From positions 195,016-259,015 of the forward strand of contig JAKLFF010000001.1 of assembly GCA_022711335.1 (NCBI GenBank): DNA of 64,000 nucleotides. Reading direction: 5' to 3'. The notes under the pieces were generated by a model. It ran no database searches and was not told the origin of the DNA. It saw only the letters and a list, made by a program, of their open reading frames with translations. Below, one piece after another: positions 58,635-64,000 of this stretch (its first letter is position 1; each line of letters begins with the position of its first letter). The stretch comes from Patescibacteria group bacterium. GTDB taxonomy: Bacteria; Patescibacteriota; Minisyncoccia; Moranbacterales; UBA2206. A program made the translations under genes and the position numbers.

Positions 58635-61600
58635 TTATTGAATATTTTCTATAATGCCCTCCCCTTCCACTAGCCTTATTTCCTCCTCTGTTAGCCCATA
58701 AAGATTATAGAACATCTGGTCAATCTGACGCTCGTATTTCTTGACGTTATTTTGCTTTTCCTTACTTTCTAAATAACCAGCATCTCTAGTAATATCAAGA
58801 ATCTTGTCTACAAGATCAACGAATGGCTTCTCATTTTTATCGGAAAGCTTCATAACCGGAACTTTTTCCAATGCAAACTTCTTCCATTGAATCGTAGCCA
58901 TTCCGGAACTGTTGCAAATTAAGGAAAAATAGAACCTGCATAATTTTGAGTTCAGAAAAGAGAGTAGATATTTTAATGATTCACCGACTAAGAAAAAAGC
59001 TCCGGCAAGAAGATAATCTTCTTTATTTGAATAGGCGAATTTATTTTCATTCGTCAGCTCAATCCATATTATTTTTTCCTTTGCGAAATCATCCATAAAG
59101 GCACAGTCTCTAAGATTATATATTGTCGACCCCTTATCCTGACGTTCATTAAGCTGGCGGATATACCCATTCAGATGATTCTTAACCGAAGGATGTTCGT
59201 CGATATTTACAGCATCAATAACATTGCCATTTTCCAATTTGTATCCATTATGAGTAACTATTAAATATTTTCCTGAGCTAACGTAGCAGTATCTCTTAAT
59301 GTCTCGCCCTCTTATTATTGGCTTTATTATTTCATTAGAGCCGGGATCGCCCTTTATTAAATCTTCCCTAGTTGAATCGTTGATAATGAAAGCCTCGTTG
59401 TAACCTGTTTTAAGCCCGTAATTAATTTCTATTTTCCAGTTCTTCAATACCATGCCAACTCGTTCAACTTTCTTTTTTAGATTAATCACTTCCGGCTTAT
59501 CAATTGTCCATTCGCTGCCTTGCAACTCGTTTTGAGCAAATTTTGTCTTATTTGGCTCGTCAATATTATCCGAAAAATTTAAAAGATTATTATCAGTCTT
59601 TTCCTTGGAAGCAATGAAAATCAACGTGTTTGTTATAGCATCGAACATATGCTTATCGCCAAAGTTGATAATATTTTTGATAGTCAAATTGTCTTTCAAA
59701 TAGTTTCTGAGAGAAATTCCGTATTTTGCTCGTAAAAATTTATTCGAAGTTATGAATGTTAATACCCCGGAATCCTTCAATAATTCAAACCCTTTCTCAT
59801 AAAAATAGGTATATAGATCGGATACCGCGGTATATATTTGGTACTCGCTCTGTAAAACGGATTTGTATTTTATTTCTTCCTGTCTGACATACGGTGGATT
59901 TGCAATCACGATATCGAAGCCTTCTCTTTCCTGAAACACTTCCGCAAAATTAAGCTTCCAAAGGAAAAATGGCTTAGTATTTGATTTTTTAAATTCCTCC
60001 AGTTTCTTTAATTCGGAGATTTTACCTTCTTTTTTTAGAGTCGCTTCAATAAGCTCCCATTCCAATCTTTCAATCTGTTTTTTTAGGTCATCCTTCTTTT
60101 TCTTCTGCGTTGTTTCAAAAAATTCTTTATGAAGTTGTTTCAATCTTTCCGCCTTTTCTATCGCTTCGTCGGAAGCGTCAAATAATCCGGAATTGTTATT
60201 TTTTTCAACCGGCGCTGACATTTTCTTCAGTTGGGCACTTATTTTCTTGAGCTCTGAGTTTATTTCTATTTTTCTTGTATCGGTCAATTTATTTTCCTGA
60301 TGAAGTCTTATATATTCCCCGGATAATTTATTTTGTATGCTTTTAAGATCTTCAATCCGCTTTTCCTTGCTGAAATCAGCCGAAGAAATCAGCTTTTCGT
60401 CAAAAAGCTTCACACCTTCAAATTCTTCCAACAAGCTATTGCCCTGCATAATCTTGTAATCAAGGTTTGGCAACGGCTTGATGTGCTTTATGTCATCCTC
60501 CTCGACAACCAATGACAGCCAAAGTCGAAGTTTGGCTATTTCTACCGCGCCGGGATCAATATCCACTCCGTATATGCAATTTTGTATAGTCTCTTCTCTT
60601 AAAGAATATTCACTTATTTTTTTATCATTAAACAGCTGTAACATTTTTCTGGCTTTTACGATCTCCTGAAGCATGCCCACAAGAAAAGCCCCTGACCCGC
60701 AAGCCGGATCCACAATTTTAATGTTTTTTAAAGCCTTGTCCAAATTATAATCCTCGCCTTCCCACAAAACCATGACCTTATTCTTCTTGTCTTCGATATC
60801 TTTCTTTGTCAAAAATATATCCTGAGTTACTAATTGCCTGACTCTATATTCGTCAACTTTGGCTTCGACTTTCAAATAGTTCACCAGACTTTCCTGGCAC
60901 ATATAATGCACAATTTCACGAGGAGTATAATATGTTCCTTTGGATTTTCTGTCCTTGACTTCCAATAAATTCTCAAAAACTTTTCCGAGCATTTCCGGAT
61001 CGACCGCTACTTCTTTTTCCAATGGTTCATCTTCTTTCACAGTAAAATTGTAACGATCGAAAATATCCAATATTCCATTACCTCTGTCCTTTTCTTTGGT
61101 CAGGTTGTTATTGGAAAACAATTCATCAGGCAAATTTATAGCCGTATTCACCCAGTCGTAATTACTTATCGGGTCAAAAAGACCTCCGTTTAAGAACGGT
61201 ATTTTGCAATTGAATCTGCTGTAATAGTCATCGTCTCTTTCTTTGGCCAAGGCTTCATAAAACAAAGGCTCGAGATAATCATTGAAATAGTTTTTTCCTC
61301 TTTTTTGCGCTTCATCAAAAAGAGTTCTCAAAAATTTTTTGTCTCCATCGCCCCATCCTTTATCCATCGGCACTCCGAACCAACCTTTTTTCTGAAGAAA
61401 ATAAAGAAATACTACCTGACCAAGAAGTTTTTTTATAAAATTGCCGATAAACCTTTCGACTTCTTCGTCTTTTGCGGCTCCAGAAATTTCCTGAAAATTG
61501 TTAAATACTCTTTTGTCGCTTTTTACAATATCATTAAGCGATTCGGAAGCTTTGAAAAACAGCTCCCTGTATTTTTCGAAAAATTCCCTGGTGACTTTTT

Positions 61601-62180
61601 CGATGTTGAAGGCATCCTCAACTTGCGCAAGTGTAGGATTATGTACATCATCCTCAACGATTGGAGCAAGTCGGCTCTGGGCAGTATGACTGTTTTCATT
61701 GGCGCCGACTAAAAAAGACCAGCGTTTGGCTGATGTGAATTCTTCTTTAACCTTGATTTTGCCACTTTTTCCTTCTTCGAATTTGTATTCCATCTTCACC
61801 AGAGAAAATCTCCAATCAACCGGATCGGGAGAAACAAAAGCCACCAGTCCGGCGTCTTTTTGGTTGCGGTCTTTTAGATAATGAGCCACAAAATCACGTT
61901 GAGCGGTTCTGGCTTTGTCGATGGATTTTGGTTTTTGCAAATAGACCACCAAGATATCTATTTTTTTGCCTTCCGGGTCGGTGTAAGTTCCAAGCCTTTC
62001 GTATGTTTTGATTATCCCGGTTTCTTTTTTGAAACTGTCTTTTATATATCCTCTGGCATGGAAAGCCTTGGACTCATCAATGGAATTGAGAAAATTTTTC
62101 ACAAAATAAAGAAACTTCTCCTTATCAAAAGAGTTTTGTAGCGTTTCTACAACGATGTTTTGAGCTTGATTTTTGTCCAT
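58635..62180 (-). CDS. Eco57I/PglX-family N6-adenine DNA methyltransferase (type IIG, BREX or DISARM-like, 1181 aa)
   Basis: Motifs GTYYTPREIV, DPACGSGAFLV (motif I) and IANPPYV (motif IV). A C-terminal TaqI_C-like TRD is present (KNWKIEINYGLKTGYNEAFII). Confidence 0.8.
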   Translation of the reverse strand: MDKNQAQNIVVETLQNSFDKEKFLYFVKNFLNSIDESKAFHARGYIKDSFKKETGIIKTYERLGTYTDPEGKKIDILVVYLQKPKSIDKARTAQRDFVAHYLKDRNQKDAGLVAFVSPDPVDWRFSLVKMEYKFEEGKSGKIKVKEEFTSAKRWSFLVGANENSHTAQSRLAPIVEDDVHNPTLAQVEDAFNIEKVTREFFEKYRELFFKASESLNDIVKSDKRVFNNFQEISGAAKDEEVERFIGNFIKKLLGQVVFLYFLQKKGWFGVPMDKGWGDGDKKFLRTLFDEAQKRGKNYFNDYLEPLFYEALAKERDDDYYSRFNCKIPFLNGGLFDPISNYDWVNTAINLPDELFSNNNLTKEKDRGNGILDIFDRYNFTVKEDEPLEKEVAVDPEMLGKVFENLLEVKDRKSKGTYYTPREIVHYMCQESLVNYLKVEAKVDEYRVRQLVTQDIFLTKKDIEDKKNKVMVLWEGEDYNLDKALKNIKIVDPACGSGAFLVGMLQEIVKARKMLQLFNDKKISEYSLREETIQNCIYGVDIDPGAVEIAKLRLWLSLVVEEDDIKHIKPLPNLDYKIMQGNSLLEEFEGVKLFDEKLISSADFSKEKRIEDLKSIQNKLSGEYIRLHQENKLTDTRKIEINSELKKISAQLKKMSAPVEKNNNSGLFDASDEAIEKAERLKQLHKEFFETTQKKKKDDLKKQIERLEWELIEATLKKEGKISELKKLEEFKKSNTKPFFLWKLNFAEVFQEREGFDIVIANPPYVRQEEIKYKSVLQSEYQIYTAVSDLYTYFYEKGFELLKDSGVLTFITSNKFLRAKYGISLRNYLKDNLTIKNIINFGDKHMFDAITNTLIFIASKEKTDNNLLNFSDNIDEPNKTKFAQNELQGSEWTIDKPEVINLKKKVERVGMVLKNWKIEINYGLKTGYNEAFIINDSTREDLIKGDPGSNEIIKPIIRGRDIKRYCYVSSGKYLIVTHNGYKLENGNVIDAVNIDEHPSVKNHLNGYIRQLNERQDKGSTIYNLRDCAFMDDFAKEKIIWIELTNENKFAYSNKEDYLLAGAFFLVGESLKYLLSFLNSKLCRFYFSLICNSSGMATIQWKKFALEKVPVMKLSDKNEKPFVDLVDKILDITRDAGYLESKEKQNNVKKYERQIDQMFYNLYGLTEEEIRLVEGEGIIENIQ

Positions 62181-62183
62181 CTT

Positions 62184-64000
62184 TTAATTGTTCGTCAAAT
62201 ATTCGGACAGGATTACTTCCCTTTTGCTGGAAGCATAACGTCCTGATTCTGCAAAATGTCCCTCCAATAATTTAGCCGGTATATTGGATTGCAAAACTGA
62301 CAAAATCTTCATGGGATTCACTCCCTTTTTTATTTCCTCACTCAAAGACTGAAAGATGATTTTGCAGGTTTGTTTTGGCAATCCTCCTTCTTCCAGTTGG
62401 ATTATCACTTTTCTCAAATATTCTTCTTGGTCTTCGGTTAACTGGCGAACATCATGCATCACGGCTTTCAAAATCTTGATAGCTTGCGTGGCGCTGTCTC
62501 TACCACCCCTTAGTTTAGTCTCGGGTATTTCTTCGGTAGTAGCAAAAATGAAAGCCTGCTTGTTCTTATCCAGTAGCTGATAAAAATCCTTGCCGGCTTT
62601 TTGTTTTTTGTCATCCCTGGCAGATTCCAATACTTTGGCCGCAGACATAAAATCCAATTCCTCTGCGTCTTTTTTGTCTTTGGAAATATAGAACTTTTGG
62701 ATTTTCCCCCGGCGGAAATACGTGAGTAGATTACCGCCAAATTTTTTGTCAGCCTTGGCGGTTCTGGATTTTTTCGGCAAACGCTTTATCTTTTCAAAAA
62801 CATCCGGCTCGTTATCCCTGACATTTTTTATGAGATGCAGATATTTCAGCTCGCTTTCTTCGGCTTCGTCTTCTCCGGTAATAGTATTTTTGGAAGTCAA
62901 TCGAGAAAATAACTCGTGCTGTTCTATCGGCTCACCCTCGGTCAGAAGTCTTGCGTCAGCACCAAGCAAGGTTATGAAAGCGTTGATTTTGGCTTCAGCG
63001 GCTTCCTTGAGTTTTATCTGGTCATTGGATTGTTGGGTTGGAAAAAAGTTGAAAGTGTAAACCTTATTGAATTTGGTATCCACCCGGTTGACCCGACCCA
63101 CTCTCTGCATCATCCGTGTCGGATTCCAAGGCAAGTCGTAGTTAATAACCACATTGGAACGGTGCAGATTGACTCCTTCCGCCAGAATCTCGGTGCATAC
63201 CAAAATACGGTAATCATCTTTGGGATATTTGGTCTTGGCATCAAAGTTTTCTATCACTTGTTCCCGGGTAGCTTCTCCGGATGAACCGGTAAAGCACAGC
63301 GTCTCATTGGAAAATTTTGCATTGATATTTTTTGCCAGATATTCGGCTGTTTCTTTAGATTCGGTAAAAATTATCAGCTTATTTTTCTTCAATATCTGAC
63401 TTGTTGACAACTTGTCCAAAAATGTCAGCAGTTTCGGATCTCGTTTAACATCCAGCCACATTTTCTTAATATCGTGTAAAATATCCAAATCTTTTTGCAG
63501 GTGATCCCTAAATTCTTTTTTGAATTCGGAGCTCTTGAATTTTTCTACTTTTCCTTCGGTTATCATTTTTTCTATTGCCTCATCATTGTCGTTTTCCAAG
63601 AGTTCAAAGACTTTACTGGAATACTTTTTGCTGACGTAAACATTTCCTTTGTCGTATTCCGTTATGAATCGTTCGTAATTAGCAATAAACCTGTCGATTG
63701 AATTTCTGAAGGCGTAAAAACTACTCTCTAAACGTTTGATAAGCAAAATCTTCATAAACTTGCCCATGTTCTTTTGCGACAGTTGTTCCGGCTGGGTAAG
63801 CTCTCCTTTGAAATAGAGCATGGGAGTATAACGGGCATAATTGAATTTTTTGGCAATCAGCTCGATTGTGCTGGAAAATATCTCGTCTTCTTTTTCGTTC
63901 ATTTCATAAAAAATAGGCTCCGGCTTTTCTATGTCCGGGAATCGCAGTTTTTGCTTTGACAGGTCTTCGGTAAAATACCGGTTGATTTCCGCCCTGGTTC
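62184..64000 (-). CDS. SNF2-family helicase, C-terminal part; ORF stays open past the window end
   Basis: Helicase_C motifs ILVCTEILAEGVNLHRSNVVINYDLPWNP...QRVGRVNR. The minus-strand frame has no stop upstream of the first Met at 63902, through to 64000. Confidence 0.7.
   Translation of the reverse strand, partial: TRAEINRYFTEDLSKQKLRFPDIEKPEPIFYEMNEKEDEIFSSTIELIAKKFNYARYTPMLYFKGELTQPEQLSQKNMGKFMKILLIKRLESSFYAFRNSIDRFIANYERFITEYDKGNVYVSKKYSSKVFELLENDNDEAIEKMITEGKVEKFKSSEFKKEFRDHLQKDLDILHDIKKMWLDVKRDPKLLTFLDKLSTSQILKKNKLIIFTESKETAEYLAKNINAKFSNETLCFTGSSGEATREQVIENFDAKTKYPKDDYRILVCTEILAEGVNLHRSNVVINYDLPWNPTRMMQRVGRVNRVDTKFNKVYTFNFFPTQQSNDQIKLKEAAEAKINAFITLLGADARLLTEGEPIEQHELFSRLTSKNTITGEDEAEESELKYLHLIKNVRDNEPDVFEKIKRLPKKSRTAKADKKFGGNLLTYFRRGKIQKFYISKDKKDAEELDFMSAAKVLESARDDKKQKAGKDFYQLLDKNKQAFIFATTEEIPETKLRGGRDSATQAIKILKAVMHDVRQLTEDQEEYLRKVIIQLEEGGLPKQTCKIIFQSLSEEIKKGVNPMKILSVLQSNIPAKLLEGHFAESGRYASSKREVILSEYLTNN

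Overview
Composition and gene content suggest an AT-rich bacterial chromosome fragment, possibly from a small-genome (Patescibacteria/CPR-like) organism; the taxonomy is inference. Almost all real genes run on the minus strand. The host genes are described left to right below.

- **1-5.4 kb:** partial pheT, pheS, two tandem Cys-rich mini-proteins, secF, and a secD whose periplasmic head contains a parvulin-type PPIase segment. A ~77-nt two-hairpin element occurs twice here, immediately 5' of pheS and of secD.
- **25.6-31.1 kb:** an MsbA-like ABC transporter, a PhzF-family protein, an AbiEi/AbiEii toxin-antitoxin pair and MltG.
- **31.5-35.4 kb:** two secreted hypothetical proteins, a second tyrosine recombinase and a class I/II aminotransferase.

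There are three larger blocks.

1. **~5.6-25.4 kb, GC-richer podovirus-like prophage or remnant.** It carries an integrase, an HTH protein, a lysis cassette with two Amidase_2 proteins, a 1236-aa virion protein, a tail fibre, a major capsid protein, an acidic scaffold and a portal. No terminase or replication genes are visible.
2. **~37.5-47.7 kb, co-directional minus-strand gene array (the most novel candidate).** It holds a second, monomeric-type phenylalanyl-tRNA synthetase paralog, in which a PheS-like core is fused to a PheT-type C-terminal anticodon-binding domain. With it sit a radical SAM/SPASM enzyme, a PLP group II decarboxylase, NIF3 and amidohydrolase proteins, a two-component system, a putative aminoacyl-tRNA-dependent transferase (DUF2156/MprF-C-like) and an EamA exporter. 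A divergent 633-aa protein lies beside it.
3. **~49.2-64.0 kb, AT-rich defense island.** It contains an SF1 helicase with an unknown N-terminal half, a DUF559 nuclease-like protein, a short FtsK-like ATPase, a 1282-aa STAND NTPase (Avs-like), an Eco57I/PglX-like N6-adenine methyltransferase and a SNF2 helicase that runs off the window.

No rRNA, tRNA or CRISPR arrays were found. All calls rest on reading the translations and DNA by eye; no database search was run.
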